A stretch of 64,000 bases of DNA from Thecamonas trahens ATCC 50062 (taxonomy: Eukaryota; Protista; Apusomonadida), in the NCBI RefSeq assembly GCF_000142905.1, contig NW_013657626.1, positions 1-64,000 on the forward strand, read 5' to 3'. Shown piece after piece: positions 23,511 to 32,952 of the stretch (positions are counted from its first letter, which is position 1; each line of letters opens with the position of its first letter). Under the pieces are notes generated by a model that ran no database searches, was not told the DNA's origin, and saw nothing but the letters and a program-made list of their open reading frames with translations. The position numbers were made by a program, and so were the translations under genes.

Positions 23511-24607
23511 GCTCGAACAACATTCTCCAACCTTGGTGGAGGTTCGCAGTCACGCTCTTGCCACTTTGGATGGCACCCAACTTGGTGACCCTTGTCGGCT
23601 TTGCTTGGCCTCTCGTTAATTTCCTCCTCTTTATCATCTACGCGCCGACGCTGACAGAGATTGTTCCTACTTGGTTGTACATCTCAGTCGGTGTGGGCTT
23701 GTTCTTTTACTCGACTATGGATGCTATTGATGGCAAACAAGCGAGGAGAACAAAGTCGAGCTCTCCTCTTGGTGAGCTGTTTGATCATGGTTGCGATGCC
23801 ATCAATGCCTCGGTCACTACCCTGGTCGTCACTGCTCTTCTTCGTCTTGGCCCGACTGATCCGTCCGCCCTCTTTATGCTCACCATCTCGTGCATTATGT
23901 TCTTTACCGCCACTCTCGAAGAATACCACACCCACACCCTCGCTCTCGGCGTCATCAACGGGCCAACCGAGGGCATCCTTATTATGATCGCTCTGGCCTT
24001 CTCCGCCGCCGCCTTCTCCACCGACATCTGGCTCATGCCCGCCAACGAGGTCTTTGGCACTTCGTTTGCTATCCTCGACGGCGTGCTTCTCAACCAGTTG
24101 GTTGTCTTTGCCGAGCTGCCCATTGCTCTCTCCACCGTCTTCACCAACCTCTCAGCCTGCGTCCGCAAGCCCAAGCACGGCACTGTCTCGGCCGCCACCC
24201 TCGCCGCCAACCTCTTCCCCTGCCTCTACCTCTTTGCCCTGGCATGGGCGTGGTTCTTTTTCTCACCAGGCCGCATTCTCGCTTCTGCACCCTGGATCAC
24301 CCTCACCTCCATCGGCCTGCTCTCGGCCTACCTCGTCGGCCGCCTCATCACCGCTCATCTCCTCCTCATGGACTTCCCGGTCGTCCACACTGCCCTCGCT
24401 CTCCCCACCCTCGCTGTCGCCAACTCGGCGCTTGCTCACTTTGGCCTCCTTCCCGCCCCGCCTGTTGACGAGCTCACCGCCGCCTACGCCCTCCTCGCCG
24501 CCTCTGTCATCCTCTACACCCACTTTGCCCACGACGTCATCTCCGGCTTTACCACGCACCTCGGCATCAACGTCCTCTCTATCCCGTACCCGCCCAAGAC
24601 CAAGTAA
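23511..24607 (+). CDS. Choline/ethanolamine phosphotransferase (CDP-alcohol phosphatidyltransferase); 5' exon(s) lost in or near the N gap
   Basis: LQPWW..LLPLWMAPNLVTLVG and the signature DAIDGKQARRTKSSSPLGELFDHGCD, EEYHTHTL..NGPTEG. Probable acceptor ACTCAC..GGTAG at 23510. Confidence 0.9.
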
Positions 24608-24632
24608 AGTGTCTGCCTTCCGCCACGTCTGC

Positions 24633-26033
24633 TCACGAGATCATGCCCAGGCCATGCACGACGTCGCGGACGCTGCCGGCCTCGAGCGCCCGCGCCCAAA
24701 GCTGAAGCCAGACCACAGCGCCGCGCCGCTGCGCGTCCGACATTCGCACTCTCGCCGTCCGCCACCCGCCGGACTCGCCGAGCCACTCGCCGGCGCCCTC
24801 GCCCACCACCTCGCCATCCACGTACACCAGCACTCTGCCGGACTCGCTGCTTGCCACAATCGCCACCACAGACGATCCGTCGAGTCCGTCCACCTCAATT
24901 CGAACGCTCCCCGCTCGGATGCTCCCCCGCCCGGTTCCGGCAACTGTCAACCGCAGCAGCTCGCCGCACTCGGACGACTCGATGACCACGTACGCCGTCC
25001 GGCCAACATCCGCCGCCACTCCAGCAACCAGTGTCAGCGCTCGGGCCTCTTCCACGCGGCCCAGCCTTGCGCTTGGCCGCGTTGACCATCCGCCCCTGCC
25101 AGGCTCGGCCGTCAAATGCGCTCCATCGCTCGAGAGCGCATCAACCAGCACACCGCCAACCATGCCCTCAAGCACCGGCCATGCCGCAAGCATATCGTCA
25201 AACTGTGCCACGTCCCGTGAGACCACCGGGAGCACCGCAAGTGTCGCCGAAGGCATAACTTCTGCTCTGGGCGCAACAACCTGCGTCCGCGAGCAGACGA
25301 TGATGCGCTCGGCGCTCGCTGGGGTGACAACCTGCACCCCGCCGGCAACCGGCGACAAGCCGACCTTGCCCACGCCAGCGAGCTCGTCCTCACAAGCCTC
25401 CTCGAGCTGGAATAGACTCCAGTTGGCACTCGCCCCGCTGAGGAGGAGGACCGCCATGTCTGCGGCAGCCCGCTCGGGGCGGATCACGCCCCAGCCCAGG
25501 ACAACAGCCTCGAGGCCCAGCTCCGGATGGCCGGGATGCGGCGCCCATGGGTCCGGAAAGAGCTCCGATACCACGATCGGGCGTATGGCGAGGGCATGGA
25601 CGACAGGCGGAGGGAGTAATACAATGCCACATGCCACGTGCCCACGCTTTCGTCCCATAGCTGCCACGGCGGCGTCGATGAGCCGCTCGATCCGGGCCAG
25701 CGCAAACTTGTCAAAGACGACCAGCGATCCGAGCCGCGGCTGGAGCTCGGATAGCCCTCCGCTCCGCCCAAAGCTCCCATCGGCAACATAGCCCCAATAT
25801 GCGTGGTCAGAGTCGAGGTGGATGCCGACCGCATCCGCCTCGGACAGCGCGCCAGATCCCGTCACTGCCAGCGCCATCTCCATCATGGTCTCGCTCCAGG
25901 ATTGCGAGCCGATGTCCACCTGCTCTTCGTAGAGATCAAAGACATCTGTTGCCTGCGGCAACGCTGCAGCCAACACACCAACCGTAGCCATCGCAGCAAG
26001 AAGTCCCGCCCATTTCGGCGTGCGCATCCGCAA
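24633..26033 (-). CDS. Hypothetical secreted protein, possible C-terminal LamG/ConA-like fold
   Basis: Signal-peptide-like N-terminus (WAGLLAAMATVGVLAAA). VAIVAS..RVLVYVDGEVV..LQLWARAL resembles a LamG pattern. Confidence 0.55.
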   Translation of the reverse strand: MRMRTPKWAGLLAAMATVGVLAAALPQATDVFDLYEEQVDIGSQSWSETMMEMALAVTGSGALSEADAVGIHLDSDHAYWGYVADGSFGRSGGLSELQPRLGSLVVFDKFALARIERLIDAAVAAMGRKRGHVACGIVLLPPPVVHALAIRPIVVSELFPDPWAPHPGHPELGLEAVVLGWGVIRPERAAADMAVLLLSGASANWSLFQLEEACEDELAGVGKVGLSPVAGGVQVVTPASAERIIVCSRTQVVAPRAEVMPSATLAVLPVVSRDVAQFDDMLAAWPVLEGMVGGVLVDALSSDGAHLTAEPGRGGWSTRPSARLGRVEEARALTLVAGVAADVGRTAYVVIESSECGELLRLTVAGTGRGSIRAGSVRIEVDGLDGSSVVAIVASSESGRVLVYVDGEVVGEGAGEWLGESGGWRTARVRMSDAQRRGAVVWLQLWARALEAGSVRDVVHGLGMIS

Positions 26034-26172
26034 AGGTTCCGAGACAAGTGTGGCGCATTCGTCGAGGCCTCGCCGGCAACGCCGTCATCTCTCCGTCATC
26101 ATCGTCTCGCTGCAGACACGCGAGCCAGGCTGAAGCCCTCGTGCGCGAGGAGTGTGGCAATTTTACGGGGGA

Positions 26173-27525
26173 TTACACGTAGTCGAGGCCAAAGATGTTC
26201 TTGCGGATCCACTCTAGGGCCGGGAGGGTGGCGACAAAGTGCGGACCGAGGCGGTAGAGCGAGGCAGTGTAGCCGATGTAGAGACCGCGAATGCCCTCTG
26301 CACGGACGGTCTTGATGAGGCAGTCGATGGCGGACTTGTAAACCGGTGAGGCGCCGGCGCGATCGGCCATGTATCGTGACTTGACGAGGTCAGCCGGAGC
26401 GCACATGGTGTTGGCGACGACGGCGGCAATGATGGCGCAGGAAAAGTGGAGCGAGAAGCCCTCGTTGAGGATGCCGTGCCGCTTGAAGAGATGCTTGGCG
26501 TGGTCGTACGACGCCATTTGCCCGCAGGTGAGGAGGGCAGCGCGGACGACGGTTGGGCCGACGCCGCGGTAGAGCCCGTTGAGGAAGCCCTCGGTCCGGT
26601 AGATCTTGACAAAGGCGGCAAAGGTGCCGTTGAACGACGGTTTGGAGCCCTTGGCCAGTCCGGTGATGTACCGCCCGGTCTTGGGGTCGACGAGCCCGGC
26701 CTCTTGCTGGATCATGATCTTGATCCGATCGGTCGGGTTGGCGATGGCCGAGCCGAGCGCACCCGTCATCAGCGACGCCGCAATCTTGGGGGCCAGCCCC
26801 ACGTCGCCGTGCTCATCGTCGGTTCCGATCGCCCGCTTGACAATCGGATACAGGCCGAGGCGAATCGACGAGTACGAGAGCTCTCGCAAGATCGACGCGC
26901 CCATTCCAGGAAGTAGCAGCCCGCCAATGCCCTCTTCCTTGACAATCACCCTCATCGTCCCAGTAAACGTGTTGTAGATCGGCTTGAGGTTCGGGTTGGA
27001 TGCCATCGCCTGCTTCTGGCATTGTGACCGGACCTTGGCCACATCACTAAAGTTGAGCACAATGCTTGCTGTTCCCCACATCACCCATGAGTATCCCCCC
27101 TTCCTTCCCCGCCCGCCACCTCCCGCATCGCAGCACCCTTGTCCATCATCCCCTCTCACATACAGATGGTGTTGGCAATACCACCAGACGCCAGCGATCG
27201 CAACAGCTCAAACTTGCGCGGCTCCACCACAGCCTCCTACACACCACACACACACACACACACGCACACACACACACACACGGCATACACCAAGAGTCGT
27301 CCCCATCGATGGCTCGTGTGAGTCTGCTCGTTCCCTCTCCTCGCCTCCTCCTTGCCCTCTCCCGCCTCGTCCCCTCGTCCCCTCGTCCCCTCCAAGTGAG
27401 CTTCCATGCACTGCACATACAGGGGCTATTGCTACCTGCGGAACAGGCGTGTTGGGTGAGGTGGCCATGGTGGGTGAGGTGGTGCCTTTAGGTGGCTCGC
27501 TGCTGACGGATGTCAATCTTGCCAT
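26173..27525 (-). CDS. Mitochondrial carrier (SLC25; UCP/2-oxoglutarate/dicarboxylate clade); exons 27525-27421, 27236-27164, 27068-26173
   Basis: Two GTATGT..AG introns restore the frame. Motifs FSDVAK, PTDRIK, PADLVK. Contact-point Arg in LRELSYSSIRLGLY, VVRAA, YRLGPH. Confidence 0.88.
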
Positions 27526-28090
27526 CGTCGTCGTTATCGGCCGGCCGTATGTGCAGTTTCCTGCCCGACGATGTACATTTTTGCTTAACCCATTTACCGA
27601 GGGGACAATTTGGCTGCCAAACCAATAAAAAGCTCAGCCAGACTTTCTGGGTTTGAATGCGTTCATCCTATGCTGAAAATACCCGATCCCGTCTCGCTCT
27701 CGGAAGTCAAGCAGCATGAGGCTTGGTTAGTACTGTGGTGGGGGACCACACGGGAATACCGAGTAACGCATTCTTTTTTCTTTTTGCCCAACTGCACACC
27801 CTCCTTGCATGCCATGCATCCACCCTCCCACGCCTAACCCCACCGTCACTAAGTCTGCATGTATCCACCCTCCCACGCCTAACCCCACCGTCACTAAGTC
27901 TGTGTCCCCCAACACACCAAAAAAAAAGAAGCAAGATGCCACCCCCCACCCCCCCACCTCCTAACACATCGCCTGCACCCGCTCCGCTTCACGCACGCAC
28001 TCTCACGCGCACGCACGTCAGCCCCGCCACAACCTCACTCGCCACTGCCACACCCACCACACCCACCCCACACCCACCACAAACACACTT

Positions 28091-31000
28091 ATGCGTCACC
28101 CTTTCCTTTTCCCTTCCACCACCTTTCTCGTGGCCGCCTTGCTCGTTGCCACAATGGCAATTCCGGCTGGCAGCGCTTGCAACGTTACTCTTGCTCACGG
28201 CAGCACTCTCGCCGACCTCAAATTAGCTATTGAAAGTGCGCCACTCTCGCCATCATGTGCAACGCCCTACGTTGTTTGTTTGGAAGCTATGATATCTGAC
28301 GACTGCTCAACCATGACCACGGGCGTTCTTGTTCCTCCTGCGCTCTCGATGACTCTGCGTGGAGAGTTCAGCAACAACACCGTCAACGCTGTCGGCATCA
28401 ACTGCACCGGCTACATCGCCCCGAATATCCTTTTTGACCTCGCCCCTCTTCCTGGCATCATCTTTACCATCGACTCGATGACGTTCGTTGGCTTTGAGAC
28501 CTCGCACTGGAAACCAGGTGGTATCGTCCGTGTCAGCGGCGCTTCTTCCACCGGTGCAATTGTCGTCCAAAACGTCACTGTCGACTACATCACCGCGCGG
28601 ATGGGTGCTATCGTCGGCGTCGACGGCAATGCTCATGACGGTGAGATCCACATCAGCAACTCAGACTTCTCCCACATCTCGGTCTCTTCTCAGGGCGGCC
28701 TGGTCTTTATCCCCGAGTCCGCCTTTGGCTGGCACGTCACCATGCGCAACATCCGAGTCTCCCACGCCTTTGCCCCTGCTGGTGCCGCCGTCGCGTTTGT
28801 CCGCCACTCACACCTTGTTGTCGACGGCGGCTCGACCTTTGTCGACACCCATGCCGAGAGCGGCTTTGCCGGAGCTGTTCAAGTCAGCAACGGATCGCTT
28901 GTCATGGCCCATGTCTCCTTCGATGACTGCTCCAGCACCTTTACCGGCTGTGTGGGTGTCACCGGTGCCGACGGCGTGGTCACCAACGTCACCGTCGTCC
29001 GTGCGCATTCTACCCAGGGCGATGGCGCAGCTTTCTCGGTCGTAAGCGACTGTCCGCTCAACGCCTCACTCACGCTTACCGACGTCTCGGTCACCTACTC
29101 GGAGGCGCGCCATGGCGGCGCAGTCCGGGTTTATGGCATGGCAGACTGCGCGCCGCCAAGACTAATCATCGCGCGCAGCACCTTTGCCCACAACGTTGGC
29201 CGCCTCCGTGCTGGCGCTATCAACGTTGGCAACGGCATGGTTGTCATCGACAACTCTGTCATCGTCAACAACACCTCGCCGCTTGGCAGTGCCATCTACA
29301 CCAACGCCATGCTTGCCGGGTCGGCGGTCACCAACTCGCTCATCACGGACAACCTCTCCACCGACAATGCCGCCACGGCCTCAGCTGTTTTTCTCGGCGC
29401 AGGCTCGCTCGTCGACTTTGCCGACTCGGCAATCTGCAGTAATCGCGCCCCGCCGTGCCGCAATGACATCTCCGCCGGGGCGCCGTACGTCCTCAATCTC
29501 AGCGGCGGGACGACCGAGGCTGAGCGTCCTTGCCTACACGGCCGTGTCGCATCCTGCCTCCCTGGCCCCTCCCTCAACCTCACATGCGTTGCATGCCACA
29601 AAGGCTGGGCCGGGCCCCGCTGCTCGCGACGCGCGCACTGCGTCAACCCCAGCGGCGATGTTGAGTGTGCAAGCAGTGATGTGCAGTGCTTCGAGTGTGA
29701 GGCCGGCTACGGTCGCACCTTTTTCAAGAGCATCTGCGAAGAGTGTGTCGCCGCAGAAAGCAAGTACTTTGTCTCACCCACTGTGCCGTGTGGCATCTGC
29801 GACGAAAACTGCCTCGACTGCACCGGCAGCCCTTCCAACTGCACCGCCTGTGTCTCGCATCTGATGCTCTCGGCCCCGGGCGTGAACGGGATCCGGGTCT
29901 GTCAACCGCCGCCACCACCGCCGCCGCCGCCATTGCCACCGCCGCCATCGCCACCGCCGCCTCCCTGCATCCCACCGGCAGCTGTGGATGACTGCGGCGT
30001 GTGCTCGGGGCCGGGCACAGGCCACGTCGCCAACTCGGACAAGGACGTGTGCGACGTGTGCTTTGGCGGCGGAAGCAGCATCGACGCCTGCGGCGTCTGC
30101 TTTGGCTCCGATGCTTGCGTTGATGCCTGCAGCGTTGCATGGGGTGACAACAGCACATGTGCCGGCTGCGACGGTGTTCCGCATTCAGGCCGTGTCCGTG
30201 ATGTGTGCGGCGAGTGCGGCGGGGACGGCTCGTCTTGTCTCGGCTGTGACGGCGTTCCTGTCCCGCTAGGTGGCGCTCACTACGATGCCTGTGGTGTGTG
30301 TGGCGGGAGTGCCTCGGGCGTGTGTGTCGCCTCGTGCGACAACTCGACGTTGACCCCGGTTGTCTTTGACTGCGCTGGCATCTGCAACGGCTCGGCCTTT
30401 GTGGACTCGTGTGGTGTGTGTGTGGGCGGAACCACGGGCCGAGCCCCACTAATGCACCGCGATGGCTGCGGGGACTGCTTCCAGCGGTGTGAAGGCTGTG
30501 ACACAGGCGTCTTTGCCGATTTGTGTGGCGTCTGTGGCGGCGACGACTCGACCTGTGCTGGCTGTGACGGCCTGGGGGGTACCATCGACGTCTGCGGCGT
30601 TTGTGCCGGAAACGGAAGTACGTGTGCCCTATCGTGTGATCCCTCGCTGGGCCACGCCGTCGCATACGACTGCAACGGCGTGTGTGGTGGCAGCGCGCTC
30701 AACTCCGAGTGCGGTATGTGCGTGGGCGGAACGACTGGCATTCCGCCTGCCGCCTTTATCGACTCGTGCGGCAAGTGCTTTCGCGGCAACGCTGATGTCG
30801 ACGCGTGTGGCGTGTGCTTTGGTAACAACGCCGATCGCGACGCCTGCGGCGTGTGCCACGGCGCCAATGCAGCGCTCGACTCATGCGGGATCTGCTTTGG
30901 TGGCGGTAGGTTCGAGGATGTGTGCGGGGTGTGCTACGGCAACAGCACTTTGTGCGCCGGCTGCGATGCCGTCGTCAAGTCGGGCCTCGTCTATGACGAC

Positions 31001-32254
31001 TGCGGCGTGTGCGGCGGCGATGGGGGCTCGTGCACGGTGGCGTCCGCTGCAAAAGCCTGGAGCTCGCAAGCCCTTGTCATTGCTACAGCTACGGTCGGGA
31101 GCTGTATTGCCGGTGTCGTCGCAGCCGTAATCGCCGCGCTGGCGGCCAAGCGCCGGCGAGTCCAGTCGGCGTACGTGGCGGCCAAGATGGCGACCGAAGG
31201 CGAGACTGCGCCTCACGGCAAAGTTGCAGTCCTCATCACTGACGTTCAGTCGTCGACCCACCTATGGGAGGCACACCCATCCGCCATGGTGGCTGCCATC
31301 GACGCCCACAATGACGCCTTTCGCCGTCTCCTCGCCCGCCACGGCGGATACGAGGTGCGGACCGAGGGCGACTCATTTGTGGTTGTCTTTGCTGATGCGG
31401 CTGCCGCTGTCGCTGCTGCCGTCGACATCCAACGCGAGCTCATGGAGCTTGACTGGCCTGAAGAGCTCCTTGTCGACAGCCTTGTCCCCACCGTCGATCA
31501 TGTGTGGGTCGGCTTGCGAGTCCGGATGGGCATCTCTCTGGCGACGGTCGCGCGGACTTGGGTGGCGCGGACGGAGCGGTTCACCTACGAGGGTCCCGGC
31601 ATGGTCGATGCGCAGATGATTGGCGATTGTGGGTGTGGCGGCCAGGTGGTTGTCGACGCCGACGTCGCCACTGCCGCAACCGCAGCCGGCTTTCATCTCG
31701 AACGCCTCGGCAACTACTCTGCGCCGTCGTCGAGCAAGGCGTACGAGCTCTGGCAAGTCATCATCAAGGACCTCACTCACTTGCGTGGCCTCGATGCCTC
31801 CAGCATCCGCGGCCTTGCCCGTCTCGCTTCGGCCAGCTCGTCGAGCTCGATCGCAGACCCGCCGTCATTGACTAGCACTCCTCCGCAACCACCGCTTTCT
31901 TGTCCGCTCCCTCCCGTCCTGGGCCCACAAGGCCTCTCCATCTCGCAGCCCGATAGCAGGGCCTTGCTCTCAAGAATACGGAACCATCGGAGCGCAAGCG
32001 CCGTCGCTCTCACTACCGCGTACGCAAGCCAGGACGAAGACTCGTCCATCAAGCCGGGCACCCATCGCAGCGGAACTCCGACGCGCAGCCGTCGCAACCT
32101 GCGTCGCAACTCGCGCAACTATAGCCCTGGCTCGAGCCCCACCACCGACCGCATCACGCGCGTTTCCAGCCTTCGTCGCTTCTCATCTCGGCGCATCTCG
32201 CCGGCTTCTACGCTCACCTCCAAGTCGAACAACTCTTCGCAAGACGGCGCGTAG
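28091..32254 (+). CDS. Receptor-type class III (adenylate/guanylate) cyclase-like protein: signal peptide, beta-helix-like region, EGF/furin-like Cys domains, D(A)CGVC repeats, TM, cyclase domain
   Basis: ITDVQSSTHLWE, GGYEVRTEGDSF, GLRVRMGI, GGQVVV. TM ALVIATATVGSCIAGVVAAVIAALAA. Many DxCGVC repeats. Confidence 0.88.
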   Translation: MRHPFLFPSTTFLVAALLVATMAIPAGSACNVTLAHGSTLADLKLAIESAPLSPSCATPYVVCLEAMISDDCSTMTTGVLVPPALSMTLRGEFSNNTVNAVGINCTGYIAPNILFDLAPLPGIIFTIDSMTFVGFETSHWKPGGIVRVSGASSTGAIVVQNVTVDYITARMGAIVGVDGNAHDGEIHISNSDFSHISVSSQGGLVFIPESAFGWHVTMRNIRVSHAFAPAGAAVAFVRHSHLVVDGGSTFVDTHAESGFAGAVQVSNGSLVMAHVSFDDCSSTFTGCVGVTGADGVVTNVTVVRAHSTQGDGAAFSVVSDCPLNASLTLTDVSVTYSEARHGGAVRVYGMADCAPPRLIIARSTFAHNVGRLRAGAINVGNGMVVIDNSVIVNNTSPLGSAIYTNAMLAGSAVTNSLITDNLSTDNAATASAVFLGAGSLVDFADSAICSNRAPPCRNDISAGAPYVLNLSGGTTEAERPCLHGRVASCLPGPSLNLTCVACHKGWAGPRCSRRAHCVNPSGDVECASSDVQCFECEAGYGRTFFKSICEECVAAESKYFVSPTVPCGICDENCLDCTGSPSNCTACVSHLMLSAPGVNGIRVCQPPPPPPPPPLPPPPSPPPPPCIPPAAVDDCGVCSGPGTGHVANSDKDVCDVCFGGGSSIDACGVCFGSDACVDACSVAWGDNSTCAGCDGVPHSGRVRDVCGECGGDGSSCLGCDGVPVPLGGAHYDACGVCGGSASGVCVASCDNSTLTPVVFDCAGICNGSAFVDSCGVCVGGTTGRAPLMHRDGCGDCFQRCEGCDTGVFADLCGVCGGDDSTCAGCDGLGGTIDVCGVCAGNGSTCALSCDPSLGHAVAYDCNGVCGGSALNSECGMCVGGTTGIPPAAFIDSCGKCFRGNADVDACGVCFGNNADRDACGVCHGANAALDSCGICFGGGRFEDVCGVCYGNSTLCAGCDAVVKSGLVYDDCGVCGGDGGSCTVASAAKAWSSQALVIATATVGSCIAGVVAAVIAALAAKRRRVQSAYVAAKMATEGETAPHGKVAVLITDVQSSTHLWEAHPSAMVAAIDAHNDAFRRLLARHGGYEVRTEGDSFVVVFADAAAAVAAAVDIQRELMELDWPEELLVDSLVPTVDHVWVGLRVRMGISLATVARTWVARTERFTYEGPGMVDAQMIGDCGCGGQVVVDADVATAATAAGFHLERLGNYSAPSSSKAYELWQVIIKDLTHLRGLDASSIRGLARLASASSSSSIADPPSLTSTPPQPPLSCPLPPVLGPQGLSISQPDSRALLSRIRNHRSASAVALTTAYASQDEDSSIKPGTHRSGTPTRSRRNLRRNSRNYSPGSSPTTDRITRVSSLRRFSSRRISPASTLTSKSNNSSQDGA

Positions 32255-32680
32255 ATCGCTTGCTCGAGGCCAAAGTCTATCCTTGGTGTGAAACAGCCCA
32301 CCATGTTTGTTTCATGGCGTTGACCACCTCGGAACAGACATACACAGAACAAAAAGACTACAGTCCCTCACAATACCACAATTATTCATCCGCAGAAAAA
32401 AAATGGGAATGTGTGACCGACCACAAACGTTGTCCCAAACCGTTTTGAGGGTCAGCTTGGGTCAGCCGCAGCAAGCAAAGCATGTTGGCAGGAGACGCCG
32501 TGCCGCGACACCCAAGCCGATCATATCTCACCCACCCACCCCACCCCCTACCACCGCCACCGCCACCGCTACACCCACCCACACACGCACACCCCGCCAC
32601 TCTTGCCACCCGCCCCACCACCCCCACCACCACCACCACCTCACTACCCGCTACCCACCCCCCCACCCTCCCACTATCCC

Positions 32681-32921
32681 ATGTCTTGCCCCTTGGGATT
32701 CACTTCGGGTAGCCGACCTGGAGGAGGTGCGGTAGAGGCCACGGGCGGTGGTCGCGGCGACGAACAAGGCCAAGCACAACAACACCATTCATCACGGACA
32801 GCCAACGAGACCACGAGTACCACCACCACCACCACCACCACCACCACCACCGCTGCCACCACCAACACCGATGCCACTACAGCCGCAGCATCCCCAAATC
32901 CATCACCACCATCATCATCAC

Positions 32922-32952
<31 letters not shown>

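Noticed and set aside
27817-27903. ~45-bp direct duplication (CCACCCTCCCACGCCTAACCCCACCGTCACTAAGTCTG)
   Set aside because: Simple local slippage duplication in an intergenic region, with no evidence of function and not a telomeric array.
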